Positions 37,801-50,349 of a DNA stretch of 64,000 nucleotides are shown piece by piece. Below the pieces are notes generated by a model. That model ran no database searches. It was not told where the DNA came from and was given only the letters and a program-made list of their open reading frames with translations. How positions within the stretch are numbered: the stretch's first letter is position 1; each line of letters starts with the position of its first letter. Origin of the DNA: Azolla caroliniana (taxonomy: Eukaryota > Plantae > Polypodiophyta). Location of the stretch: the NCBI GenBank assembly GCA_043228905.1, contig JBHGNT010000006.1, positions 5,890,001 through 5,954,000 of the forward strand, read 5' to 3'. The translations under genes were made by a program, and so were the position numbers.

Positions 37801-40245
37801 AGATCGCCCTACGCACATGATCGAAGAAAGTTTGATCACGACCCGACTGAGCGGACCACAAGAGCCTTTGAGCGATCAAAGCACATCACGGCCTAGCCCG
37901 AAGATGGACAAAGGCAAGGCGAAAATGGCGGAATATGAAGACGATCTCTTCGATGATGATGAATCGACCTACTCACTCGACAATGAGTTCGGCAGTTTCG
38001 AGGTACCAATCGGAGCTAAGAAAGCCCTCATTTCTGCAAATGAAAAACTCCGTCGATCCACTCGTGAAAAGAACCCCATAAGCCGATTCGGCTACAACGA
38101 TTATATGGCGTACCATTACGCCTTCATGATGAAGGTAGCGACAGTACGGGAGCCGGAAACCTTTTCGGAAGCTGCGAAGGACCCACGATGGATCAAAGCA
38201 ATGAACAAGGAGATGCATGCACTACGGAAGAACGAGACGTGGGATCTCGTTCCCACCTCACCACACAAAAAGGCGATTGGATGCAAATGGATCTACAAGG
38301 TGAAGTATAACGTCGATGGTTCCGTAAACTGCTACAAAGCTCGACTTGTAGCGAAAGGATACGCTCAGACGCATGGCGTCGACTACGAAGAGACCTTTGC
38401 CCCGGTGGCAAAGATGACGACGGTGCGGACCGTAATTGCGATTGCCGCGGCGAAAGGGTGGCACTTCCATCAAATGGACGTCAAGAACGCCTTTCTACAA
38501 GGCGAATTAGAAGAGGAGGTGTACATGATCCAACCACCCGGCTTCAACTCGAGCACCCATCCGAAAGCTGGATGCCAACTCAAGAAGCCACTGTACGGCC
38601 TCAAGCAAGCACCGCGTGCTTGGCATTCGAAGATAACACAATATCTTCATCAAATCGGCTTCCGTATGTCAAAATCGGACAACTCCCTCTACATACGAAG
38701 CAATTCCGCAAGTCCGATCGTCATCATCTTATATGTGGATGACCTATCATTGGAGGTGAGCATCTTGTCGAAATCACTAAGGTCAAATCCCTCCTTTCCG
38801 ACAAGTTCGAGATGACGGACATGAAGGAGCTCCACTACTTCCTCGGCATCGAGGTAATTCGGACTCCGGCCGGAATCATGATCTCTCAACGGCACTACAT
38901 CCTCAACTTGTTATACAAGTTCGGGATGGCTGAGTGCAAATCCGTGGCAACCCCGCTCGATCATAATCTCAAACTAGATGCGAACTCCGGCACCAAAGCG
39001 TGTGAGCCGACTCAGTATTGGCAACTCATCGGGAGTCTCATCTACCTCACGATCACACGACCTGATCTCAGTTATCCGGTCGGTCTCCTTAGCCAATTCA
39101 TGCAAACACCGTGTGATACTCACTTGGATTGCGCTAAGAGAGTTCTACGATACGTGAGCAGCACAATGGATCCTCTACAAGACCGCGAGGCCAATACAAC
39201 TCGAGGGGTACACAGACGCCGATTGGGCCGGCTACAAAGCTGATACAAGATCAACCTCCGGATTTGTTTTCTCCCTCGGCAGCGGAGCAATATCCTGGAG
39301 TAGCAAGAAGCAGCCCACCGTCGCTCTTTCGAGTACAGAGGCGGAATACAAGAGCGCAGCCGTAGCTGCGTGTGAAGCCGTATGGCTCAAGAGGATCTTG
39401 AAGGATTTGGGCTACCCATCAAGGATCCGACTTCCCTTTACTGCGACAACATGAGCAGTATTTATCTGGCTCGGAACCCGGTGTTCCACGCGTGGACAAA
39501 GCACATCAAAGTGCACTATCACTTCATCCGAGAGCGCGTTCTGGCTGGCGATGTCGACCTACAACACATAAGCACCAATCTTCAAACGGCCAACATCTTC
39601 ACTAAAGCCTTAGGAGCCGACAAGTTATGGCAATTCATGACTGATCTCGGATTGACGATCCCTGACCTGCCAAGCTTGAGGGGGAGTGTTGAAGACACTA
39701 TGCAATAACGCGTGGATTCCGCAACCACGCAACGAAGCAGCGAAGAGTCGATCTACCGCGCAAAGCAGCGAAGAAAGACGCAAGCCGAAGCACAGACTTT
39801 GCAACTACGCACGCAAGCCGAAGCACAGACTTCGTAACTACGCACAACGCAAGCTGGAGCACGGATTCCGCAACTCCGCATAAAGCGAGCCGACGCGGAC
39901 TCCAGTACGCAAGTTGAAGCGGATTTCGGATACCGTCTGAAACCGACCCGACTTGAGCTTGAGGAGGCGTGTTGAGAATCAAGCTCAACTTGGTCTAGTG
40001 TGTGAACTCACCTTGAGAGTGAAGAGACACTCCAACGGTCAAGAGTCACCATTATGTCACCACTTTGTATTCTAGCATTTAGTATTCTATGACACATAAC
40101 TTATGAGCTTTCACATTTCCCATGCTCCATGAGGCTGTAGTTAATGAAGAGAGAGGGTGACTACATAAAGCACCCTCCTCCAACCTTGTATAAAGTTGAG
40201 TCTTTCTCCTTGTCAATATACTTTTACCTTGCGTATTCTCTGTGT

Positions 40246-40321
<76 letters not shown>

Positions 40322-40379
40322 CACACACATAACTCACATCTCTTCCGCTTCACAAGAATCCATCTCTTGATTCTTTACA
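34871..40379 (+). mobile_element. Ty1/Copia element B nested in the integrase of A; full structure, defective coding
   Basis: LTRs 34871-35239 and 39970-40379; perfect TSD GAGGT (34866-34870, 40380-40384); PBS TGGTATCAGAGCG at 35240; PPT just before 39970. Confidence 0.96.
35399..39708 (+). pseudogene. Copia B gag-pol (gag, CCHC knuckle, PR, INT, RT, RNaseH), disrupted
   Basis: CGYCGKLSHHEEEC, WFVDSGAS, WHKRIGH, SDGGKEY, QNGVAERKNR, KARLVAKGY, QMDVKNAFL, LYGLKQAPRAW, YVDDL, TKHIKVHYHFIRE. TGA at 37697, frameshifts near 38748 and 39408, deletion near 39168. Confidence 0.93.
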
Positions 40380-42055
40380 GAGGTGAATTCGTCGGAGAAG
40401 TACTCCTTGCCTCCATTCGATCGTAGGCATCAAATGTGCCGGCCGGTTTCTTTTTCGACTTGCCCCTTGAGCTTTAGGAAGTGGGAGAACACTTTGCTCT
40501 TCTTCTTCATCGGGTAGATCCAAGCTTAGCACGAGTAGTCGTCGATGAAGGTTACATAGTATCACCATCCGCCGATCGTCGGCGTTTGAGCCAGTCCCCA
40601 TACATCCGAGTGTATGACGTCGAGGAGGCCTTTGCTCGCGGAGCTCTCCTTCGGGAATGGGAGTCGATGTTGTTTGCCGAGTTGACACGCTTCGCATACT
40701 CGATCAATTCGTTTCGACTCGAATGTCGGAAGTCCGATGACAACTCCCTTTGTTTGCATACCTTGGAGCTGTTGGAGATTGATGTGGACGATTCTTTTGT
40801 GCCACAACTCGATGTTCATCTCGTTTTTTAGAGCTTTAGCGCACATTGCCGATTTCACCTCGTTCGAATCGAGGATGAACATTCGGCCTTCTTTCCGCCC
40901 CTTAGCTACAACTCGACCATCTTTCTCGATGAAGCATCCATCGTTGTTGAAGCGAACTTGCATGCCTTGCTCCACAATTTGGCCGACCGAGACCAAATTC
41001 TTCGTTATTGTGGGCACGTGCAAGACATTCTTGATGCAAGTTTGCTCGCCTTCTTTCCCAAATGGAACATTGCCGATGTGCCGAATGGGGTGCATGGTGT
41101 CGCCTCCCGTCTCTGTAAAGCCGGGTCGATCCGGCGTTCGTAAATCGCGAAACCACTCTTTGTGAGATGTCATGTGATGTGAGGCGCCGGAATTGATGAA
41201 CCACACGTCTTCCGAGTTGGAGGTGCTTGCGGAGTTGGAGACCGTCATAGAGTTCGCTCTATGCCTCATTACGAACATTCCGCCACGGTCGCCGTAGTCG
41301 GAATTTGGGGCGTAATTTGTAAACATTTCACTATGATAATCGGAGTCGGAATTCGACGCGTTGTCGTGAAGAAAAACGTCCCTTGGCGCAATCGGTGCAT
41401 AGCGCGCGTGAACCGGCTCTTCACGCGTGCGCGCCCTTCAATGTATATAATAGGGAATTAAGTACAAAGGCATATCCTGGGTAGTTAGATTCAGTAGGTA
41501 GGAAGTAAATGAGGGAGACAGCTCCCTTCTTGAAGCTATAAAGGAGAGGGAGACGCAGGGAGAAGGGATCGCGCATTGAGGAGGACGAAGTGATGTCGGA
41601 CCGTAACCGAACGCTTCTCCTCTGTTTGTTCTCTATTGCTCTTCTCTGCAGGTTTTCGGGAGGCTCGCGCTGCTTCAAGGAACGCCCGTGTGCTTCCGGC
41701 AGCACCTCCATCCTATCTCCTTTCGTGCGCAGACGAACAAGCATCGACATCTGTTCGCCGGCCTGTTCGGTTGTAATCGCTCGCGTGCTCTGTTGTTTAT
41801 TTTGTTATTCGTTAATATACACACATTTGTGTCTCTCTGTCTCTGTGTTCGTTCGTGCCTTCTGCGTTGACGGGCCGTGCCCCTGTGTTCCTTTGCTCAT
41901 ACGCGACCGGGCGTCTCTCTCTTTCTCTTTTTCCTTCTATCACCTGCTCTTCGGTTCAAGACCCCGGTGGTCCCGCCTCGTTTCTCCACGCACGCGCGTA
42001 ACAACGCGACATCTTTGGTGAACCCGACGTGAACAAGGCGGCAGAGGAGCAGAAG

Positions 42056-44182
42056 ATGAGGGGGTCGGATCTTGCAGAGGCCATGGCTTCGGCCGTGGAC
42101 CGGTTAGTGAGAGCGTGCGAGGGCACCGGAGCCCTTGACAGGGCTATTGAGGCGATCGTCGGTATGATCGGCCGGTTCAGTGGAAAGGATGCCACGAGTT
42201 ATTTGGCATCCTACCGGGCGGAGATGTTGATGACGGATATTCCGGAAGAGAGGCGTCTTGCCGGATTCCCTCGAGTGGCGATGCCGGGCATCCATGCGGA
42301 GGTGCTCGAGGTCCGGGCGGAGAGCCGGACCTGGGAGGAGTTCAAAGGATGGCTCCTGGAGAAATACGGGCTGGATGACGCGCTTCGACTTTCGAAGCGG
42401 GGCTTCATGGAATGGGTGGAGTTCCCCAACAAAGGAAGAAATGCGTCGGTACTCCTCTAGGGGTTTGAGGAACGCTTTGCGCGCCTTTCGACGCTCGATC
42501 GGACCGTTCTGGAATCAAGTCGTGTCCTACTGTTTGTCAAATCGGTTGACGCACGGGATCGGGGGCAAGTGGGCTCCTTACTGGAAACCGAAGACGGGCT
42601 GAAGGCCGACTGGGCCGCGGTAAAAAGAGTCTGCGGTCGTTTTGACAAACGGTGGGAGTGGGCTGATACAGAGGCGACCGGGGCGGGACCTGTCGCAGCA
42701 AGGAAGCTCGAGCCGATACCGCAGGCGCGATGGGAAGAGACCCGGGAGTGGCTCGAAACCGGTTCGGTTTCGACCGGCGTGGTCAGAGGCTCGTCTAGGG
42801 GAACAACTTTGGAGGAGTTGACACGAGCGGTTAAGGATCTCTAGATCGCCCAAGCTCGTAGGGAAGGCGGCGATCAGGCTCGTGACCGACGGCCTCCGTC
42901 AGGAAATAGGTGCATGTGGTGCGACGAGGTCGGCCACATCCGGAAAGACTGCGGGGACTTTGCGGAGGCTTTGAGAAGCCGGGTAGTGTACCTGTGGGAA
43001 GGTCGGGTGCACGTCAGCGAAACCCGGAGGGCCCTGAACCGAAACGACGGGCGATGAGGAATGAAAAGGCTGATGGAAGAGGCGACGGCCCAGCATGCGG
43101 AGACCGTCCACTACTCAGCATCAGCCGGTATTCGGGTCGGAGGCAGCGAGGCCCGGAAGGAGAGCAAAGCCGGGTTCTAGCCGACGGTGCTGGAAGGCCT
43201 CGCCGGTGCCCGACTAAAGAAAGACGAGGCGGACCGCGCGGAGAAGCGGATCCAGGGGGTAACCGGGTGGAGTGACCCGGTCGAAGAAAAGACAGGTTTC
43301 ATCGAAGCAGCTTGCCAGAACTACGAGGCTCTGGTTGAAGACAAACGGGTAGGTAAAACCGGAGGGGCCGGACCCTCACAAAGATACGAAACCCGATTCG
43401 GGCCGAAACGGAACGAGGCCGGTGAGTCCAGTGCCCGGGATAACCACAAGAAGGGCGGATACCGTTTGGGCACGGAGATTGAAAGGACCACGGACCTCCG
43501 AAAGGTCCTGGAAAAACGAATCCTCGACAACAAGGTGGAACTGTCGTTGCGAGAGGTGCTCGGAATCGCCAAGAAAGAGTTCCATGACTCCATCATAGAC
43601 TTGGTGAAGAGGAAGAGGCTGTCGACGGAGGCAGAACCAAAAAGGCCGGTGGAGGTGCGGACGACGCACATAGAGGACATGGCGCTGGAAGACGCGTGGG
43701 CGGAGAGCCACTATTCGAGGCCACACTGGGCCCGAGCGACCATGGAAACCCCGGTGAAGATCGAAGATGTTTAGGAACCGGTGGTGGCGTTGGTGGACCA
43801 TGGTTCGGAAATAAACCTGATGTCCATGGACTTCTACAAGAAGGGGAAATGGCCGATCAACACCAGGCACAGGTGGAAGATACGGGCGGCGACGCGCGCC
43901 ACCGAGGAACTACACGGGGCCTGCCCAAACGTGCGAGTCAAGATCAGCGACGTTGAGATAGACCAGCACTTCTTTGTGCAGGAGAGGTCCTCGCACCCGG
44001 TCATACTGGGAGAACCGTACATTACGGCAGCGCGAATGGAGACCAAGGTGCTGGACAACGGGTCGGCTTACGCGAGGGTCAAGAGTCAGGACGTGCGTCA
44101 TTCGGTCCAGTTCCTGACGGTGCGACCAAACCACGAGCGAAACTGCGAGTCCCTCGGTGGCGAGAACCGAGAGGATTTTTAG
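42056..44182 (+). pseudogene. Gypsy ORF1 (gag, zinc knuckle, aspartic protease) with in-frame stops
   Basis: FSGKDATSYL, CMWCDEVGHIRKDC (42911-42952), VALVDHGSEIN and ILGEPY in one frame with internal TAG/TGA stops. Ends GAT TTT TAG. Confidence 0.88.
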
Positions 44183-47100
44183 AGAGGGCTGCCAAGGCGT
44201 GGGGCCGCGACAGTCCGGACACTCCAGGAAAACCCCACAAATGTACGATAGAGGCGAAACCGAGGAAACCTTGTACCATAAGTAGGAAGTTTTGTTTCTC
44301 CGACAACGGAGGGTGTACGACAGTCGGCGTCGTAGGTCGAGAAAAGACAAGGGCGGAAGAGCGACTTCGGGCGTGCGGAGTTCTCGGCCCCAGCGAGGAA
44401 ATCAACGGAGCCGTGGAGGCGGTCTCCTTCGACGATACCTTGGGAATACTGTGAGAGGTGGTCAGAGAGGGCCTTAAAGAGGACCGGACGATACCGGTTT
44501 GTTCAGAAGAGATGTATGAAGTCATCGCGGACTTCAGTCGAGGGCTCGAGTCGGATCGGACGGCCCGGGTTAACACGAAGTACAAGACTGTGGACCGGAA
44601 GGTAAGGCCAGTCGCGGCACCCTTACCCGAGGGCAGCGAGTTGCGAATCAAGGGGGTCGCGTCAGACCCCAATTTACGAGATCCGGCCTGCATAGGACAC
44701 ACCTTCACCGACAGAACGCTACGGGAGCTCAAAATCGGTGGGGGCGGGTTCCTACTGCTGGCGGAAGAAGATCGGTTTCGGAGAATGCTCGGAAGGCACG
44801 GGAAAGCCTTCGCATTCTCACCGGGAGAGATCGGGTGCGTAGACCCGATAGTCGTGAAGCCGATGGTGATATTCACGGTACCGCATGTGCCGTGGAATCT
44901 CAAACCAATTCCGGTACCGAGAGCTCACATCTCGGAGCTGATGGAGCTGTTGAGGCTGAAAATCGATATGGGCATCCTCGAACCGTCGAGTGCCCCGTAC
45001 TCGAACCGGTGGTTTACCGTACCGAAGAAGAACGGGACGTTGCGCTTCATTCAAGACCTGCAACCGGTCAATAGAGTGACCATTCGAAACGCAGGAATCG
45101 GACCAACGATAAACGAGTTCGCGGAGGCCTTCGCCGGAAGGTCGATCTACTCGGTCGGTGATCAGTACTCGGGGTACGATCAGTTCCAACTAGCCGTAGA
45201 GAGCAGAGACATTACGACGATGCGGACTCCTCTCGGCCTAGTGCGGATGTGTACCCTGCCACAAGGAGGGACGAACTCGGTGGCCCACATGGTGAATGCG
45301 ATGAACAACGTGCTGAGGGATTGTATCCCGGACATCACCATGCTGTTCTTGGACGATATCCCGATCAAGGGATGTCCGGTGGAAGACAAGGACGAAACGA
45401 TCGGACCGGACGGATGCCGGAAATTCGTGGCGACACACGTTGACGACTGCGAGAGGGTGCTGCAGAGGCTAGAGGACGCGAGGCTCACCTTCTCCGGGGA
45501 GAAATCGGCCTTCGGGCAATCAAAGATCATGGTCGTCGAACATCTATGCGAACCGTATGGCCGGAAACCGTCTCCGGCTAAGGTGGAAGCCATCTCCGCA
45601 ATGAAGCCCGACTGTAACTCGGTCACGGAGGTACGGAGGTTCTTGGGAGCATGCGCATTCTACCACATATGGATCCCGCATTACGCCCACGTTGCCGAGC
45701 CACTATACGGGTTGCTGAAAAATGGGCGAAAATTCGAGTGGCGAGACGAGCATGCGGAGTCGGTCTGAAAGATGAAGGAGGCTCTTGCTGCAGCACCGGC
45801 ACTCCGGAAGGTTGTCTACGAGAAAGGCACTCCCATCTACATAACGGTAGATACGAGTCCGACCGGGATCGGATGGGTTGTCAACCAAGAAGATGAGGAC
45901 GACATTCGGTTCGACACGAAGGTCCTCAGCGAGCGACAGCGAGGATACGCCCAGGTTAAACGTGAACTCTGGGGTATCGTTTCGGCGGTGAAGGCCGATA
46001 AAGACTATCTGATCGGGACAGAGGTGATTATCGAGACGGACTGCCTGCCGATTCTCGGCATGGTTTCCGGATGCGCAACCCCGGACCTGGCAATGCTCAG
46101 GTGGATAGCGTACATCAAGTCCCTGGATCCGGAAATACGACACATTTTCGGGAAAGACAATGCCATGGCCGACATGCTTTCGAGGGCGCGATTCAACAAC
46201 GAGGGCGGCATGGTTTCGGAGGACGAGGAAGTCGGCGTGGACTTCTTCAAGGCGGCTTACGTGACAACTGAGGGGGGAGCACTCCGGCGCTTAACGATTT
46301 CAACGAAAGCAAGTACGATGGGGAGTGGCTGCAGATTGGGGGATTCTTAAGGACGATGATGCCGGACGCGTCATGGACAAGGGACGAGGCCAACCGGATC
46401 CGGAAGAAAGCGTACCGATTCTTTCTTCGGGACGGATACTTGTGGAAGCACCCGAAGAAGAGAAACGACATCCCGCTCCGAGTAGGGGCGATGAAGGAGG
46501 AACAGGAGGAGTTGCTGAAGGCCTACCACGACAGCCCCTGGGCTGGACACCGTGGGACGTGGGCCACGTCCGAGAAACTAAAGGGGAAGTATTGGTGGCC
46601 GGGGCTGTACTGGGACGTGCATCAGTTCGTGACAACTTGTGAGAGCTGTCAGATGCACTCCATAGTCTGACATCGGGACGAGATTCACCCTACATACCCT
46701 CCAGCCATCCACTTCAAGTGGATGGTAGATTTGGTGACGATGCCGATGGGCATAGGGCAGATGCGATATCTAATGCTGGCCTGGGAGGACCTGACGAACC
46801 AGGTGGAAGGCCGAGCCCTGCAGAACAAAACGACCGAGGAGCTGTTCGACCAGTTAGGGGTCAAGCTCTTGCTCACCACAGCGTACAATCCGGAGGCAAA
46901 CGGGAAGGTGGAGCGCGGGCACGGACCGATCGTCAAAGCGCTAGTCCGGGCATGCGAAGGCCAGGTCGGGAACTGGCCATGGCTGTTACCTTATGCCTTG
47001 TGGGCGGACCGGACAACGCACAGTTCGGTAACCGAGTTCATGCCGTTAGAGCTCATGTTCGGACAGAAGCTGATCATGCCGATGGAACGGACGATCTCCT

Positions 47101-47648
47101 CTTGGGCGACAGTAGACTGGAGAGACGAGATGAGTCGGGAAGAACTGCTAGCGGCGCGTATACGGCAGCTCGAGCGGAGGCCAGAGGACGTGGAACGAGC
47201 GGCGGAGAGACTTCAGACGGCGAGGATGAAGAACAAAGCCCGGTTCGACCGAATGCACCGGCTCCGACCGAAGAAAATCGAGGAAGGCGACTGGGTGCTA
47301 GTCTACAACAACATCCTCGACAACCAGCACCGGGCAACACGGAAGTTTGCAAAGCGGTGGTTCGGGCCTTACGTGGTAACGAGCGCCAACGACAACGGGA
47401 TGTATCACCTGGCGGAACTCAACGGTACGAGGAGGGCGACACCGGTAGCAGGGAAGCGGATCAAAGCGTTCAAGAAGCGCCACGACGGCAAACCGGATCT
47501 AAGAGGCCTGGACAACGACGACGAACAGTCCGAGACGGAGGACGAACCGATGGATGAGGAACCGGAACCCAGACCGGTTTTCTCCAACCAGAGCGCAATT
47601 TTGGCGCATACCGGTGGATGCGCGGTTAGGTGGGGGCGGATGTCGTGA
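44173..47648 (+). pseudogene. Gypsy ORF2 (RT, RNaseH, integrase), -1 frame relative to ORF1, disrupted
   Basis: YSNRWFTVPKKNGTLRFIQDLQPVN, LPQGGTNS, FLDDIPIKG, TVDTSPTGIG, NAMADMLSR, H..PWAGHRG..C..CQ, AYNPEANGKVERGH, WFGPY. Contains stops, a frameshift and an integrase core deletion near 46835. Confidence 0.9.
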
Positions 47649-49354
47649 AGAAAACCGTCCCTTGGCGCAATCGGTGCATAGCGCGCGTGAATCGGCTCTT
47701 CACGCGTGCGCGCCCTTCAATGTATATAATAGGGAATTAAGTACAAAGGCATATCCTGGGTAGTTAGATTCGGTAGGTAGGAAGTAAATGAGGGAGACGG
47801 CTCCCTTCTTGAAGCTATAAAGGAGAGGGAGACGCAGGGAGAAGGGATCACGCATTGAGGAGGACGAAGTGTTGTCGGACCGTAACCGAACGCTTCTCCT
47901 CTGTTTGTTCTCTATTGCTCTTCTCTGCAGGTTTTCGGGAGGCTCGCGTTGCTTCGAGGAACGCTCGTGTGCTTCCGGCAGCACCTCCATCCTATCTCCT
48001 TTTGTGCGCAGACGAACAAGCATCAGCATCTGTTCGCCGGCCTGTTCGGTTGTAACCGCTCGCATGCTCTGTTGTTTATTTTGTTATTCGTTAATATACA
48101 CACATTCGTGTCTCTCTGTCTCTGTGTTCGTTCGTGCCTTCTGCGTTGACGGGCCGTGCCCTTGTGTTCCTTTGCTCATACGCAACCGGGCGTCTCTCTC
48201 TTTCTCTTTTTCCTTCTATCACCTGCTCTTCGGTTCAAGACCCCGGTGGTCCCGCCTCGTTTCTCCACGCACGCGTGTAACAACGCGACAGCGTGTTTCG
48301 TGAACATTCCGCTACGATTGTCGTGGTCAGAATTCGATGCGTAGTTTGTGAGGTGTCGACTTGTTGAAGCTGACTCACTTCTCTTTTTCCAACACTCCGC
48401 TTCGTGGTGGCCGATTTTGCCGCAATAATTGCAAGTTGCGGGCCTCGTTTGCCGCTCCCCCTTCTTCCGAAGGTTCCTTGATGGTTTCTATGAAGGTTTG
48501 AGTTCCCTTCGCGTGATGGGTCGAATTGACCTCTTCTACTGCCATGACCTCCTCCTTGGCCACCGTCTGAATTCGAGAAGAACATTTGTCCTCTGACGTC
48601 TTGCTTTTGGTTCGGACGTGGTTTTCTTTGACCAATAGCATTGATTGGAGGTTGAAGAATGAATGAGGGTTTTCTCTCGCCAAGATTGTCGGTCGTAATG
48701 GATCAAATCGTTGTGCAAGGCCGCCCAAGCATACTTGAACCATCTCGTCTTCGTCGACGTTTATTTTGATGGAGCCAAGCAAGTCACAAATGCTCTTGAT
48801 CTTGGTGGTGTAGTTCGACACGGACATGTCTTTTTGCCGAATGTTGTTCAACTCTTGTCGGAGTTGAAGCTTTCAGGCGGTCGTGTTGGCGGCGAACATT
48901 TTCTTTTAAGTTCTCCCACGCCTCTTTGGGTGTCTTGGCATCTCGAATATGGCTAAGCATGTGGTCGTGGACACATGTTGCCAAACAATACATGACTCGA
49001 CTTGCCGCTTGCTCCCATGTTGCGTAGTCGGCATTCTTTGAGTCGAGTAGATTTTCTTGAGTGTCGTTGATGTAGCTCCAATACCCTTGGCCGACGAGGT
49101 ATTGGGTCATCTTGTACTCCCAAGATGAATAATATGCTCTGGTCTAGCTTTTCACTAGGGAGCGAGCTACCCATTTCTGTGTTCATGTTGATTGTGTCTT
49201 CTCTTCTTTTGTTTTTCTTCCTTCGGTCATGTACACATGCTACGTAACTGCACTACGGTAGCCGATAGCCGGATTTTGTCGTCGGCGTCTCGAACACACA
49301 ATCACGGAGTCGGGTGAGCTTAGTGGATTTTGTAAACCACACGCTCTGATACCA

Positions 49355-49455
49355 TGTTAAGAATTAGGTAAGTAATTAAGTGTGGGTTAATTAGTACCTA
49401 ATTATGTGATTAAGTTAAGCGGAAGATTAAGTGATATGTGTGTATGTGTGTGAGA

Positions 49456-49513
<58 letters not shown>

Positions 49514-49836
49514 CTTATGAATGACACAAGATGGGGGATGAGTAAGTATATTAACTTAGCATTATCATCATCTATCATCAAATACAAAATTATCTTTAAT
49601 GAGGTATATATAGGTTTCATGTGCAAGGGTGCACATGTGCCATGGGAATATAGGTACAACGTGTAAGTCCTATATTAAATGAGCATGGAGTGGTGGATCT
49701 ACAATGTATCCCACTCAAGTACAAAATCCTATTTAAGTCTTTATGGTCAACACACTAACTAGATTCTATCTCGGTAACTACTAAGTTATATGTGTTGACT
49801 AACTAACTAAACTAAGTTGAGCTTGATCTCTCAACA
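49355..49836 (-). repeat. 5' LTR of Copia A (482 bp)
   Basis: TG..CA ends with the PBS immediately adjacent. Confidence 0.92.
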
Positions 49837-49904
49837 TGAATGATTCTTCAAACAATGGAATAGAATGCAAGGTTATATAATAAAGGTAAATCAAAATGCA
49901 AACA

Positions 49905-50320
49905 ATATTGAAATGGTAGGGCTTATGTTTGATAATATGGGTTTATGTGAATCATATTCTAGCAATGTTGGGGTATATGTTAATGATATGGCAATGATGG
50001 GTTAATGTTAATATGGCAATTTCTATTTTAGTTAGTGGTATTGCAATGTTGGATCTATGTTAATGGTGTGAAGATGACGAGTTTGTGATAATATGGGGTT
50101 TTGTTAATATTCTAGCAATGTTGGGTATATGTTAATGTTATGGCAACGATTGGTTAATTTAATGAAATGGAACTTTCTATTTTTGTTAATGGTATTGCAT
50201 TGTTGGGTCTATGTTAATGGTGTGAATATGTTGGGTTTGTGATAATACGAGTTTATGTTAATATTCTACCAATGTTGGGTTTATGTTAATGGTGTGGAGA
50301 TCATGAGTTTGTGATATACG
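49905..50320. repeat. Degenerate minisatellite built on aatgttgggt.tatgttaatg (~150-bp higher-order period)
   Basis: Repeated tattctagcaatgttgggtatatgttaatg and ctatgttaatggtgtg. Confidence 0.75.
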
Positions 50321-50349
50321 AGGCATCGCGAGGAAAACAAGCTTCAAAA

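Larger units (their letters stand above)
41362..48290 (+). mobile_element. Ty3/Gypsy element (no chromodomain seen) nested in Copia A
   Basis: 650-bp LTRs at 41362-42011 and 47641-48290; 4-bp TSD GCGT; PBS TGGTGAACCCGACGTGAA at 42016-42033; PPT AGGTGGGGGCGGA at 47628-47640; domain order gag-PR-RT-RH-INT. Confidence 0.95.
33099..49836 (-). mobile_element. Ty1/Copia host element A, RT/RNaseH-deleted, interrupted by two nested elements
   Basis: LTRs TG..CA at 49355-49836 (5') and 33099-33774 (3'). PBS is the reverse complement of TGGTATCAGAGC (tRNA-iMet) at 49343-49354; PPT ~33775-33790; TSD GGAAT/TGAAT. gag 49186-48375, PR/pre-integrase/integrase 41326-40385, integrase continuing 34865-34424. 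Confidence 0.92.

Noticed and set aside
39780-39860. Short direct repeats (cgcaagccgaagcacagactt) resembling a CRISPR or regulatory array
   Set aside because: Two to three degenerate tandem units in a Copia 3' UTR, with no unique spacers or cas genes, in a eukaryotic context.
41421-42021. 109-144-aa ORFs duplicated at 47700-48303
   Set aside because: They lie within the two Gypsy LTRs; the duplication reflects the LTRs and there are no protein motifs.
44079-47557. Long antisense or alternate-frame ORFs (274 aa, 279 aa and others) as extra genes
   Set aside because: Expected shadows of GC-rich pol coding sequence.
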